Of a stretch of 64,000 nt of DNA, positions 1 through 13,399 are shown in pieces. A program made the position numbers and the translations under genes. How positions within the stretch are numbered: position 1 is the first letter of the stretch; each line of letters opens with the position of its first letter. The notes below the pieces were generated by a model that saw only the letters and a program-made list of their open reading frames with translations, was not told where the DNA came from and ran no database searches. Where the stretch lies: contig JBHGNT010000001.1 in the NCBI GenBank assembly GCA_043228905.1, forward strand, positions 2,790,001-2,854,000, given 5' to 3'. The DNA comes from Azolla caroliniana (taxonomy: Eukaryota > Plantae > Polypodiophyta).

Positions 1-300
1 AGTTTGGGATGGGGTGCTTGGATTCTAATAATAATGTGTGGTTGAGTTATATTGCTTAGTATATAGGGCAATAAAGATTACATTTGATTTGATGAGGAAG
101 GGCAACTGGGAGAATAGGGAAAAGTTTTTGGTGGGAGGGGTATATCGGGAAATTTGAGAGAAAGTCTGGGGAGGAAGGGCCCAGGGGGGAGACTCTTGGT
201 GTGGGGGGCTATAAACATAATTAGCATAAAAAGTGGAAGGAAGTAAGGGGCGTTTCACGCGGCGGAATAATAAAAGGGGCAAAAATAAGAGACCAAAGCA

Positions 301-346
<46 letters not shown>

Positions 347-435
347 CAGACAAACAGACAGAGAAACAGACATACAGACTGAGTGACACTACAGCCTTTC
401 TTCTTCTTCTTCTTCTTCTTCTTCTTCTTCTTCTT
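301..435. repeat. (GA)n and (CTT)n microsatellites upstream of the CAT start codon
   Basis: Directly visible GA run (~313-345) and CTT run (~398-435). Confidence 0.95.
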
Positions 436-504
436 TTCCTGCATACTACTTACTTACTGCTTTGGCGGATCAAGTAGGCGCAAGAATCTCTGAGCAAAAC
501 TGTC

Positions 505-3500
505 ATGGCGACCTCGTCTTCGTCCAGCAGCTTCCACACACCGAGAGCCTACTGCCACGCCCTCTGGAGAACTCCCCATCGCCTGGCCTCACGCTCCCTC
601 GCCATCGCCACGCCAGAAGCCGAGCTCACGCAACTCAGAGCTCGATCAGGCACTGAGATGCAGAGAAAGCTTCGATGGTATGACATAATGGGGCTCGGCG
701 TGGGAGGGATGCTGGGTGCAGGAGTCTTCGTGGCCACTGGAAGAGCTGCGCGTTTCCTCTCCGGACCCTCCATCGTCGCTTCTTACGCCATCGCTGGTCT
801 TTCCGCCTTGCTCTCTGCTCTCTGCTACTCTGAATTCGCTGTCCTCCTTCCGGTTGCAGGTGGCGCCTTCAGTTACCTCCGCATCACATTCGGTATATAA
901 ACATATAACGTTTATTATATCTCTGCAATATATATATATATATATATATTCCTTCATATCAACTGCAAAGTAGATTTCTTCAATGTATCTATATTTATAT
1001 CCATATCTATATCGCTCTATATCCATATCCATATCTGACTACTTATCTGTGCGTGTCTGTAGGTGTGTAAATCTATTGGTTTACTATCGCTGTACAGATT
1101 ACTTCATTTCTTTACTTCATGAATATTTGTGTCAGGTGCAAAATACATCTCACCGTTTCTTCATTTCAACTTCAGATCAGCTGCAAATTAGATTTACCTA
1201 CAAAGCAGATTTCTTCGTTTCGGATCGTTGTCTTTGCTTCATGACATTTTTTATTACCTACAAAATTAATTTCTCTATTTCAGACGCCTCATGACTATTT
1301 TTATTAGCTGAGCTGATTGTTGTCACAGATGGAGTCGTCCTTTCTTGTTTCCTTTGCTTCAATTTTATCCTTAGATGAGGTCTTATAGCACGTTACCTCC
1401 AATTTCCTCCATAGTCATGGCTACAGAAAGAGATTTCTCAAGGTTATCTGTAAAACTATTCATTTCATATTACCTTAACTATTCCACGAGCTTAATCGCC
1501 TTATTACATGCAAAGTGAGCTGTCGTAGGTTAATTCTATTCATTGACCTCACATACTATTAATTATATCTCTAGTAATATCTCTCCTTGAATCCGAGCCG
1601 CAAAATGAGGTCCTTTAATACCACCCCAAATCGCTGCCGCCATAGCCATGGCCATATATTTGTTATACGTGATTATTGTAGTAATTTTACATGCACAGAT
1701 TTTCTCTTGATGAACATACTATGTAATTGTAAATTTCTAAGTCTTTTTCTGTACTTTCGATCTTCTTCTATTACAGCATCCGATTTTATTTTGCCTCCTT
1801 TCATTATCCTTCATCAGATTATATATTTATCATGTTCTGGAAAGATACATAGTTTTGTGTATTTCTACCCCTTCCGCAGGCGGAGCTTTCACTCATACAT
1901 TGATTTCTATATTGGGAATCATTGAATATTTTGTCAATTCACTCCATATAATTCTTCCATTGTCCAATTACCGAATTTATAGTGTCGAACAAAACTGGTA
2001 TTTTGACGGTCATAGTTTTTCCACTTCAATCTTGACACGGTTCTTCCATTCATAATGTAATTGTTTGTCGGGAGACAATTACTCAACATTTTGTTAAGTC
2101 TTCTTCTTTTGAATTAACCTTTTGCCATGCTTATCGTAATTCTGGTTCCCATGCAAGAAAATGGTTTATTTAACTTATACATTGTGGGAATGAAGAATCC
2201 AATCACTTCTGCAGGTGAATTGGCAGCTTATTTAACAGGAGCCAATCTGGTGATGGAGTATGTGATATCCAACGCTGCTGTTGCTCGCAGCTTCACTTCC
2301 AACCTTTCTGCTGTGTTTGGAATCAAGAACCCAGAAGCTTGGCGTGTTTTCGCCCATGGCCTTGCCCATGGCTACAATCGCCTGGATTTCCCTGCTCTCG
2401 CACTTGTCTCTCTTATGACCTTTTTTATCTGCAAAAGGTATCACCATACACAATATTCAGATAAATTTCTTACGACATTATGATTGAGTCATCTGCACGT
2501 ATGTCTGCATGAGGTTTGCCCAATCTGGGCTTTCATCTTTAAGAATTCTATAATCGATTCCACAATTCTATCAGAGGACTTCATTTCTAGGAATTCTGTG
2601 TCTTTGTGTGAATTCATTTGTAAAGAATATATATGTGCTTAATTGTATGGGAATTGGTTTTCAATATTAGTCTGTGTGCTTGATTACTGGCGGATGACTT
2701 CCACAAAACCAGTTTGATTTTTATGCTCAATCTTTGTGGTCAATTATTTGGTTTAACGTCTGTGAATTTGCTTCAGATGTTACATCTTTATCTATGGATG
2801 CTGATTGCTCAATTAAAAAGCACTCTGCTTAATCTTTGAGTTTAATGTCTGGAAATTTGGTTCATTAGTATCCGCACTCTACAAAGGAGTTTCGCTTAAA
2901 TGTCTGGAAAATTTGCATATGAATGTTTGAATTCTCTACAAAAAACTGTGTGCCAAATCTTCTGCACATTGGTTCAATTCCTGTGATCAATTTGTCTAAA
3001 GTAATCTGTCATAATGTCTGAAAGTTTGTGAAAATCTGTGATCAATTCTGTAGAGATGTTTTTGTTCTTAATGTAAATTCCTGAATATAGATCGGTGAAT
3101 TGTTTAAACAACACTCTCCTTTATGTCAGCAAATTCCTTGATGAATCCTCGGCGCTTTCTGTTACATGAAAGCTTTTGTGCTTAATGCCTACAGAGGCTT
3201 AATTCCTCTTCAAGAAATATCTCCTATATAGTGACTCTGTTCATTTTTCCAAATAAATCTGTGCTTATTAACGGATGTGTTCCGGTTATTCTGAATGGAT
3301 AATATTCTTGATACTATTCTTGTCAACTGTCAGCACGAAGAACAGTTGCACCTTCAACATGCTCATCACCATGTTTCACCTCTCTTTGATCGTCTTCATA
3401 ATCGTGGCTGGATTCGTGAAAGGATCCTTCAGTAACTTCACAGAACCTGATGGTTTCACACCATTCGGGGCGAAAGGCATCTTCAACGGAGCTGCCATCG

Positions 3501-4978
3501 TTTTCTACAGTTACAGTGGCTACGATTCTGTGTCAACCTTAGCAGAAGAGAGTCAGAAACCTTCGAAAACAATGCCTATTGGTATATCAGGATCTGTGGT
3601 GGTCGTCAGTGTTCTCTATTGTTTAATGGCGACTTCACTTGTGCTCATGGTTCCATATGACCAAGTAATTATAATGAAGTTCTCATCTTAGCTTAATCGT
3701 GTTTTGCTTCCGTATGATCTTAGATTAATCTGTGATCTGCGATCGATATACATGTTTTGTTGAGAAATCTCAGATCAACGTGGACACGCCATTTCCCTCT
3801 GCATTCCAGCAGACAGCAGGATGGAAATGGGCGGAGAATCTGGTGGCATTGTGTGCCTGCATTGGCATTGTAAGCTCCTTGATGGTGGCGATGCTTGGCC
3901 AAGCTCGCTATCTCTGCGTGATTGGAAGAGCCAACATCGTCCCACAATGGTTTGCACGGGTCAATCCAACCACAGGGACGCCTGTGAACGCCTCCATATC
4001 TCTGGGTAACCTCTCTCTATTGTGATTATCTCAGTGCAACTAAAATAAGCTTAAAATCTAAGGAGGATTAGGATAATCATCTGCGAAATTGCGCTAGTTA
4101 TGATGTTTATAATAAGCATTTAGCTAATGGACAACGTACGTCATTTTAAGCCTTAAAAAAATGGCTGTGTGAGTATTTCGATCTGTGTAAGTTAATTGCA
4201 TGTAAGCTTCAATGCAGGATCACGGAGAGATTCGATTAGGTTTTGGAAAAGTCAGATATTTTCTGATCATTGACTTATTGATCTATGTTACTGATTGATT
4301 ATCAAAACAGGCGCTTGCACGGCTATGGTGGCATTGTTCACGGAGTTAGATGTATTGATAGACCTGATCTGCATAGGGACCTTATTCGTCTACTACATGG
4401 TGGCCAATGCACTGATAATGAGGCGTTATGTGGCTATGGCGTCCCAAGTTTCATCTGCCACGACCACAGGCTTTACATGCCATGGTGGAACGTGGCCAAC
4501 AGCAGCGTTTCTTCTCGTCATCACGGCACTGTCTGTAGCTTTCGTGACCATCTGGCGTCTCGATGGTGACAGAACCGTTGAGCTTTCCATCTGTGCTGCC
4601 GCCATAGCCGTCTCTTCCATAGTCTTCAAAGCTGTCGTTCCTCCTGGTACTACTACAACTGTAGCCTCTTCTGCGACGTGGAAAGCTCCCATGATGCCTT
4701 TCGTCGCTGTGGCGTCCATCTTCCTCAACGTTTTCTTGGCTGGATCGCTGAAAGCCCTGGCCTTCCGAAGGTTTGGCATATGGTCCGCGGGAGCACTGTG
4801 TTTCTATGTTTTGTACAGTGTCCACGCTGCTCACGACGCCGATCAGAAGGAAGCGGTGGAGAAAAGATCAAGAAACGGCATGAAAGAAGATCAAGGTAGC
4901 CATGGATCCTCTGCTACTGCTATCATAGAAGATCAAATGCAGCAGAAGCAGCAACAACTGCAGCTCGTCTGTGTATGA
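505..4978 (+). CDS. CAT6: Cationic amino acid transporter (APC family, CAT6/CAT7-like), 613 aa, 5 exons
   Basis: Exons 505-892, 2215-2437, 3334-3664, 3774-4005, 4311-4978. All introns are GT-AG and phase-compatible; the total of 1842 nt stays in frame. Motifs LRWYDIMGLGVGGMLGAGVFV, LCYSEFAV.LPVAGGAFSYLRITFGE, FTPFGAKGIFNGAAIVFYSYSGYD and WKAPMMPFV match plant CAT6/7. Exact orthology is not tested. Confidence 0.93.
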
Positions 4979-5784
4979 TTGAGTTACTGTTCTGAGCATG
5001 GAATCGATAATGCAGGGGGAAACAAAATCGGCCGAGGTTCCGTTCCTTTTCCGATGAATGGAGCGATGAGGTTTTTGTTTGCAAGAAACGGCAGAGAAAG
5101 GACGCAGAAAATGTTCAGGTTGAAGGAAGCTCATCCCTTTGTTTTGTGTGTTTCTTGGCTATGGCGGCATCGTGTCGTCGACTGATAGGAAAAAGCAGAA
5201 AAAGCAACGGGCGGAAAAGAGAGAAAAGAGAAAAGAGATAGAAAAATAATTTAAGGAAATTAATTCTCTTCAACAAGAGGAAGGTGAAACGGGGGGGGGG
5301 GGGGGGGTGTAAAAAGATGAAGAAAAACCTAATAGAGAAGAATGATTAAGTCAATTGATTCTCTTAAGAAATAGAAGTTAACCTTACTGGAACGAGAGAG
5401 AACGCCACTAAAATTACAAAAAACCCAGCTGCTACAATTAGTCATGGTAATTGGGCGTATGAACAAAAAATAAGTAAAAGAACCCAATCAAACCTTAAGC
5501 CCATCTATATCTGAAGCCCCTCCTCCCCCCCAAATTGATAGTGTATAGAAATAACATAATACCTAAATTACTCTAAAAAAGCAAGAACAAAATTCAAATA
5601 GCCCCCCTTACTTTAGCTCCCCATAGCTTTTCACCCTCACAAATCATCTTCCTCACCTAGCATAGCCTTTTATGTCTAATCAAGCCTAGGGTTGCCTCCA
5701 CAATCCTCACAACCCCACCCCACTAGTGCTAACACTACTTTCCTAATCTGAATTTTTTATGTTTCCAACCAACCACCACACATT

Positions 5785-6180
5785 GGCACAATCCCACCTT
5801 TGCAGTTTGTTGCTATCATATTTTTCTTTCTTCACTTGTAAGCTAGAGAGATGATTCCGAAATCTTTCCTCTCTTTTCCCATGTTTCTTTTGGGGAAAAA
5901 TAAGAGCCGAATCATATGTATGATTTCACAATCTTGGTTTGTGGAATGTTGTGGGAGCATGATTGTTTGGGTATGTGTTTCCTATGGCACAATCCAACCT
6001 TTGCAGTTTGTTAGCATATTTTGCTTTCTTCACTTGTAAGCCAGAGAGATGATTCTCAAATCTTCCCTCTCTTTTCCCATGTTTTCTAGGGAAAATAAGA
6101 GCCAAATCATATGGACAATTTAACAATCTTGGTTTGTGGAATGTTGTGGGAGCATGATTGTTTGGGTGTGTGCTTCCTAT
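5785..6180. repeat. Tandem duplication, two ~200-bp units
   Basis: Units 5785-5985 and 5986-6180 both run GGCACAATCC.ACCTTTGCAGTTTG ... GGGAGCATGATTGTTTGGGT.TGTG.TTCCTAT. Confidence 0.9.
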
Positions 6181-6590
6181 CAAATCTTTGTTACCTAACA
6201 TATGCTTCCCAGCCCACCCCCAAAATGGGGATGAACAGAAATATTCTTTTGGTCCCAATATTTGGAAAAGAAAGTCAAAATCTTTTGGTCCCAAACTTTT
6301 CCTACCCACCTGCCCCACTCAAATATTTGATTCAATGGTGTTCCTTTCATATGTATTGCAACCAATTTTTTGGATTTACAATGTAGTCACAATGCAAGTT
6401 TTATGCTTTCATCTATTTGCTTGACTCTTACAAACAACAATGCACAAATAAAGCCAAGCGTATATGTTGTGAGTATGAAACCTAAAGAAATTGAAGGTGA
6501 TCTCTATTGTGACTTTTAACAACCCACTCAAAAGCGAAGCAAAAAGGTTGTCACTAGGGATACCCAATCTTAAAAACGTTATGGATATCT

Positions 6591-6756
6591 TTATAATATG
6601 CGTAATAAATTGTTCACCGACCAAAAAGCCCGTATGCATTTTATTGTTGGCATATTAGAGCCATATCGTGTATGAACTAATATTTCTTATAATATGTGTA
6701 ATAAATTGCTCACCGACCAAAAAGCCCATATGCATTTTATTGTAGGCATATTAGAC
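6591..6756. repeat. Direct repeat, two ~70-bp copies about 96 bp apart
   Basis: TTATAATATG.GTAATAAATTG.TCACCGACCAAAAAGCCC.TATGCATTTTATTGT.GGCATATTAGA at 6591 and 6687. Confidence 0.85.
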
Positions 6757-9700
6757 CTAAATTGCTCACTAACCAAAAATATTTCTTAGGAACTTACAAG
6801 TTGCATGATGATTTTTTATGATCTCTATTTTTAGCTTGTGCCTGATAACATTAATTAACTTAAACACTTAACTCTCCCTATTATTATTATTATTGTGGGC
6901 GAGGAGGAATTTGAACCCCTGAGACCGTGCTATGTAGCCACTATTTGCACATTTGTTCATGATGAACTCAATTAGACAATTCATCTTTCTAGGAAGGAGC
7001 TAGATAATATGCTTGAAAGTTTAGTGAAGTACCTTTATTAATATATCTATTTACCAATCATTGTTTCACACTAAGGGAAGAAAATCGTTGCATCATGACT
7101 CATGCATGCAGATTGCATATAGAGACAAGGAAAATCATGGGAAGTTTGGATTTGAAGTTTAATACAATGAAGGTGTTATTGACATGCTAGAGAAAACAAC
7201 AAATTCTATAACAAGATGTATAAGATTATATTATGCAACTATTTGTGTCCATGTGTAGCCTTGCTTTACCCCCCAAAGTTTCCCTATCTATGTACACGTT
7301 TTGTCCCTTCAATCATTCAACATCAGACCCATTGCCATTGTATCCCATTCACAAGTTAAATGATGTGATCAAATTGGTAATCAATGTTCTCCTATTGTTG
7401 GACCTTGGATGGTCGAAAAAAGTCCAACATAGTAGAGAGTGATCATGTATTGTTGCGTATCTAATAAGATTATTGCATTATTGTCAATTTGGGGGCCAAA
7501 TGATTTATGGGAACTCCAAGATTTTACAAAGTATACTTTTTGAAAAGCAATGAAGAGAGAGATGATGATTCATTATTGTTTATGGGGCACCAAAATGACT
7601 CAAGGGGGCTCCAAACTTTTACAAAGTAATATTTGCGAAAACTAACGAGAAACAGACGAGATGATAATTTAACATTCTCAAAAGGCAAAAAACATGACCT
7701 TTGAAACCCAAAAAGAGAGTTAGTATTGGGTAGCTACACATGGGCTCATCCATTCTTTTAACAACTCGTCCTCTCCTCAATGTCGACCTTGGGTTACTCC
7801 ATGCCTTAGTTAGCAAGCACATCACGTGAATGTGCATAGTTCCCTCATTTGAATTGTATGTCAATGTCAAAACTCTTTATTGGGTGGTTTGTTTCTGACA
7901 TTACACATTGGATATGAACAACAAGAAATTTTGATTGATTTATGCAATGCTATGTTGTTGGAGTTGTTGACGAATTTCGAGCAATACGACTGTAGTGTGA
8001 GTTTGTCAATGGCATGAACAAAACTCATGGATAATTAAGTAATGGAACTAGTCATTGTATTTGCAAAGGATTACCTGTATCACCCTTGTAATAGACAGAA
8101 TATGTTGTCTAGTCCGAAAAGCATGTGTTTTAATTTAGAATGTTACACGAAACAAATTTCTAATGATGGTACATTATTAACAAGAATTGAGCTAAACATA
8201 GCACAACACAAGCCATAGCTTGCAAAGTGCTACTTTTCATTCATATACCATGGTGTGTGTGTGTGTATGCCCATGGGCGAATGAGAGATAACAGTCAGCA
8301 AGATTAAGTTGTAGAATATGTAATCTCATCTAGTGCCATCCTACCTGGGCCAATAACTTGTGTGCTTCTTGGTCTTAATGAATCATTGAGAAAATCATTA
8401 TGAAAGGTCAAAGTAGAAGTCATTATTGATCTACCCATGAAGACAAAGTGTGAGAATATATGTTTCGAAGTGTTCTTAGGCAAATGCCTATTAAAACAAT
8501 AATTTGTGTAGCATCATTAAGTTATACATTCAAGATGTACAAAGCATCATATCTTCAACAATTGCAAGAAACTGATGATTCTGAAAGACAAATAGATGTA
8601 GAAAAATTGATCCTTAAGATTTGATTATTAATTTATTGAAGAATATGAGGTAATCAAGACATAGAGATGCTAAACATGATGGACACTTACAAACTTGATA
8701 CTTCGAAGTTTGGTACATCTGAAGTTTGCTTTAAGTGGGACTTTGGTATTGGGATGTTCTCCATCATCATTATAACGTTTTTAGGTTAGTACTCTATTTG
8801 GCATTTGATCTTCAGTGTTATGTCTCTTTTGTGATGTGCTTCAACTTTTATGTCAATGGCATTCCATGGAAAAGATTAAAAAGTTTCGAGGCTACTTGTG
8901 AATTTGTAATGAATGCAATTGATTTGGTTATTTTTAGCAATAATTTGTACTCACCACTATGGTAGGGCCTCAAGCTCCCAGTGGAATAAAGTGCAAATAT
9001 GACCACTCATTTTACTTTTCAGTATATCCATCGTTAAAGGATTAGAAGTTGATCCGTGTAAAACAAAACTTTTTTTATTGTTAAAGAAAAGGCACGTTTG
9101 AAGCTTGGCTCTAGAAAACAAGAGAGATGAGACTCATGCATGATATCAATTTTGTTTAAGTTTAGTTAGAGCCAAATTGCTAATAGAAAAAGGTAACAAT
9201 ATTCATTTACAATATTGGACTTTGTATGTATAACACATCATCGAGCATTTAAGGGTTCGATGGTATATTGCCTAAAACTCGACTTCATACTTTTCGTAGA
9301 ATGAGGTCCTTGACCACCATGACCCGTGGGTATTGTAACAAAACTTTTAACATTTATCATTATCCTTTTGATTTTCTTGTTGGAGCTTCATGAGGTTACT
9401 TGAATTGGAGGAAGGAGATGATGTAGAATGAGTTGTAGCACCATGAGATTGATATGTGTTATTGAGGATCTCTTTTTTGTTCTTAGAGTAAGATGCAAAG
9501 AATTCAATGTTAGATTTCTCGAGCTCATCCCATACTGCGTAGTAGCACAAACACAAATAGGATTATTGAGAAATAATAAGAAACTGCACCAATTTTGCAA
9601 TAATATTAATAGTATACTTAGCCATGCAATAATGTGGTTAATTATAGGCATTTAAATGAGTCTGGTCTTCATTTAAAATCAAGATTAAAGTCAATAAGTC

Positions 9701-10467
9701 AATTAGTATCTACAATTGTTGAGCAAAATTAAAGTGATGAAACTAAATTTAGGCTTGTATACAAGACAATAACTAGTTGATAGTCAATTCAGACATTGTA
9801 AATGGGGAAGCATGTCATAACCTACCGTGCATGTGGATTAATATGGTAAGTAATTATTTGTTGTCAACTAAATGAGATGTAGAGTGGTCCATGAGAGGTG
9901 GACATGCTGTTGTATGGTCCAAAAAACAAGAAGAATGCTACAAGGGAGGAGAATATTATTAATTCATGTGGTTTTCCAAGTTAAAGCAAACCCAATAACA
10001 TGAGAACTAGTGGTATGCTAAAGTTTGAGTAGAATAAGGTGCTATACTACCAAAGTAAAAGTTATGTTACCTATGCGGGTGATGGAAGGCTTGAGGTTTG
10101 CAGTTCGTTCGAGACATTGAACGCACTCTTCTCGATCCATGAAGAAAGTTAAGCATTTCTCAATCAAATGTTGAATCTATAAAAAAAGAGAGGGCAGACA
10201 AAATGAGGAAACAACATTAGATTACCACGATGACACCCTTAATATAAACTAATAAACTTGTAAGGTGCTCTAATAACCATTTTCTAATATATGCATGTAT
10301 GTGTGCTTCCAACTACATGATAATCACCGTGCGAAGCATGTGGCCTTCATGTGATGATGATGGCATGTTTTGCATGCCATGAAGTTGATGGTCATTGCGA
10401 TCATCCATAACTATGATTAAGGTGAAGGAAATATTAGCTAGCTTGGGAAAGAGGTGGGGGCAATGCA

Positions 10468-10515
<48 letters not shown>

Positions 10516-13399
10516 AATATCCACAAGAAAAGGATGGAATGAGAGAGAATGACTCCAATCTATGGGATGGGGCCGAGCCCATGGCAAGGATGGAATGAGA
10601 GAGAGAGATATAGAGATAAGAAGGCTTCATGATCAAGTTTCAAACCCACTCTCGGGATGATATCATGAACATTGGGTTGGGCCTCAACCTTTCATTTTCT
10701 TCCGTTTCTCCTCCATATCCATTCCCTCATGATAAATTGAACCTTTATCCATTTTTTATTATGTTTTTCTCCGACTTGTATGATTTGACACTTGAACTTC
10801 TCTCTCTTGGAGGTTCATGAAGGAGAACCTAACATGCCTTTTCCAACTTGTGCTGACACTTGAACTCCTCTCTCTAAAAAAGAGACATTCAATGCACAAG
10901 ACTACCTTTAGGTACTTATCTCTGCATAAATGAAATTATCTCCCTCCCCCACCTTAGCCAATCACCTTCCCATATCTAAGGATAATGCAATCTTGTTTTT
11001 TCCACATACGCTGCCTTATTATCTGCTTCTTGATTTATCAGATGGGCATCTCTCTTTTCATATAATCTAGCATGCACCCACATCACCCACGTAATAGTAG
11101 ATGTGAGGTTCATGTCACGTCCACCCGAATATCCTCTTTATCATCCCCCCTTGCTCAAGGTACACCTCCCCAACTAGTCTTCATGTTGTCTTATGCCATC
11201 GATGAATGACTTACAACCTACATCATCATTGTCTCTAACAAGTGAGTCACTATCAGCAAATGTCATCTTTGTTAAATGAACACGTTTTTTGGTTAGACTT
11301 GTACACTTATATCATAATACATGGTACAAATGAGTTTGGTAGGGCTTAGTCCTACTTCAAATATAGTCAAATATGCACATATATAAACCCCTTCCTTATT
11401 GTATATTTATCCCGATGATAATGATCAACCTAGTTTTCGTTTGTGTTTGTCCCACTTAGATATTTAGACTACCACAATCACACATTTGGAAGCCCCATAA
11501 CAGAATCTCCCTTTCAATGTTTAGACCATTGAGACCCATGTACCACAACGCATTAGAGATTCTCATATTGTGTTGTCTTATCACTTATATGAACCACATA
11601 AAAGAATGAATATTTTCTATCTTCAAAATTACTCTATCATGAGCTCATCATAGTAGATATTAATGTATTCATTGTAATGGTGCATTTTTATTGGCATTGT
11701 ATTTCATATATGACATCATTTGTTTGATCAAATGCTTATACTAGCCTTTGTATCACAATAGAGGTGAGATAAAATGTCTCCTTCTATTTTCTCTATGTAG
11801 AGTTCTCAAGTAATATACTAAGGTGCATCTTTCTTTTAAAATAAATTTTAAAATTTTAAAATTTTATGGCTACTACACATAATGAGATTTTTTTTTCATT
11901 AAAATTTTAAAACATCAACATCCAGTAGAAAAAAGGATTGAGTTTAACGGACATTGACTTGGTGAAAATTTACTCTTAAGGGGTAAGTACCCCGGTTAAG
12001 ATGTGATTCTTGTCCACCATTTCAGAAAGACAATTGTATGACAAAAGTTAACTAGATAAAACTTGGCTTTTGACATGTTGGTTTAATGATGGAAAGTTGC
12101 ACCATATTAGCACACGAATTTGGGTGCAATACAACATGGTGTAAGGAGCTCATATTCCATATTTACACAATTAACGAGGTAACTTCAAAGAGTTGAAAAG
12201 AGTATTAGTTATTTGACAAGGTAACTTAGAAACCCCACCTTTAAGAACCAACTTTACAAATTTCGTTTCAAAACTTGATGGATTGAAAATAATTAATTGT
12301 TAATAGGTAATGTAAAAAACTTTGAAAGGCTCATTTTGTAGATCCCAAGAGTGCAAAACAATATAATTATTAATAATGATAGTTGCTAAAATAACATAGA
12401 ATTGAATATTACCTTATGCTATACCTTTGCCTTGGATGTTTACAAGGATGGATCAGAAAGACGAAACCTTTGCCTCACCAATAACGTCTCGACAAAGTCT
12501 CAAGATGCCATAATGAAGGAGGTAGCTAGTTCCTTTTATCTAGCCTAACACCTTAGGCTTCTAAACCACTATGTGTTCACACATGTTATTCATCCTTTCA
12601 TTATGTCCCAAGTCTTAGGATAATTAGCTTCCCACTAACCAACATTCGATTATTACAACTCTTATTGGGATTTGTTCTTAAGGTCATGTCTACAACATAC
12701 ATCCTATTTCAAAATCATTGTCCTCTTATAATGAGAAACCAAATTTACGGAAGTTAGATTTAAGAACTATTCCTTCCAAATGGCATAACGCATAGTTTGA
12801 TCCAAACATTTAAATTTATCGAAATTATTTGGATCTCAACTGTTTAGTTTGAGCATTGAGATATTTTTTCTAGCAAATCAAGTGTAGAAGATAAGTCCTC
12901 GTGAATTACCAAATCTTTTATGGCTACTACGTTGTCATCAAAACCAATACGCTATTTCATGCGACTAACATGAAAAACATGATGCATGTTGACACTATCC
13001 GAAAGATCAAGACAATAGCCAAATTATACAAATGAAAACCACAATAAAATCTCATGAATTAACATACCAATTCATTGATAGGCTATTTTGATTTTATGGA
13101 TTATCAATGGATGTGGTTAGTGATAGAATATTTTGAGTTTACTAGCGTTTCTAGAATCGAGTCTTTAAATAGCCAGAAGCTACTTCGAGCATGAGTACCC
13201 CAATTCATCCTTAGTTCGGCAGTCAAACTGAATAAGTTAATCAAATTATTGAGGGCATGCTTTGAGCCAACTTGGCAAAGAAGGCTACAAAATGGGAATA
13301 GTATCTCATATTATAATATGTAGGTCTATTCATACTTCAATTGATATAGTCTCTTTACGTTGATGTGTGGTTTTTATCCATGAGTCCTTATCTATGTTA

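Noticed and set aside
25-444. 139-aa minus-strand ORF, and similar ORFs at 29127-30373, 38023, 46152-46900, 56313 and 63241-63683
   Set aside because: These are translations of microsatellites (poly-K, LSLS, ERER, HTHT, CVCV) with no domain content.
5291-5308. G18 homopolymer (and the C-run at ~63406-63423) as a G-quadruplex element
   Set aside because: Simple homopolymers with no supporting evidence of function.
7900-13300. Coding-like decayed stretches, possibly DNA-transposon remnants; similar regions at 21500-24400, 35500-37800 and 59000-62500
   Set aside because: No diagnostic motif or termini could be identified confidently without a search.
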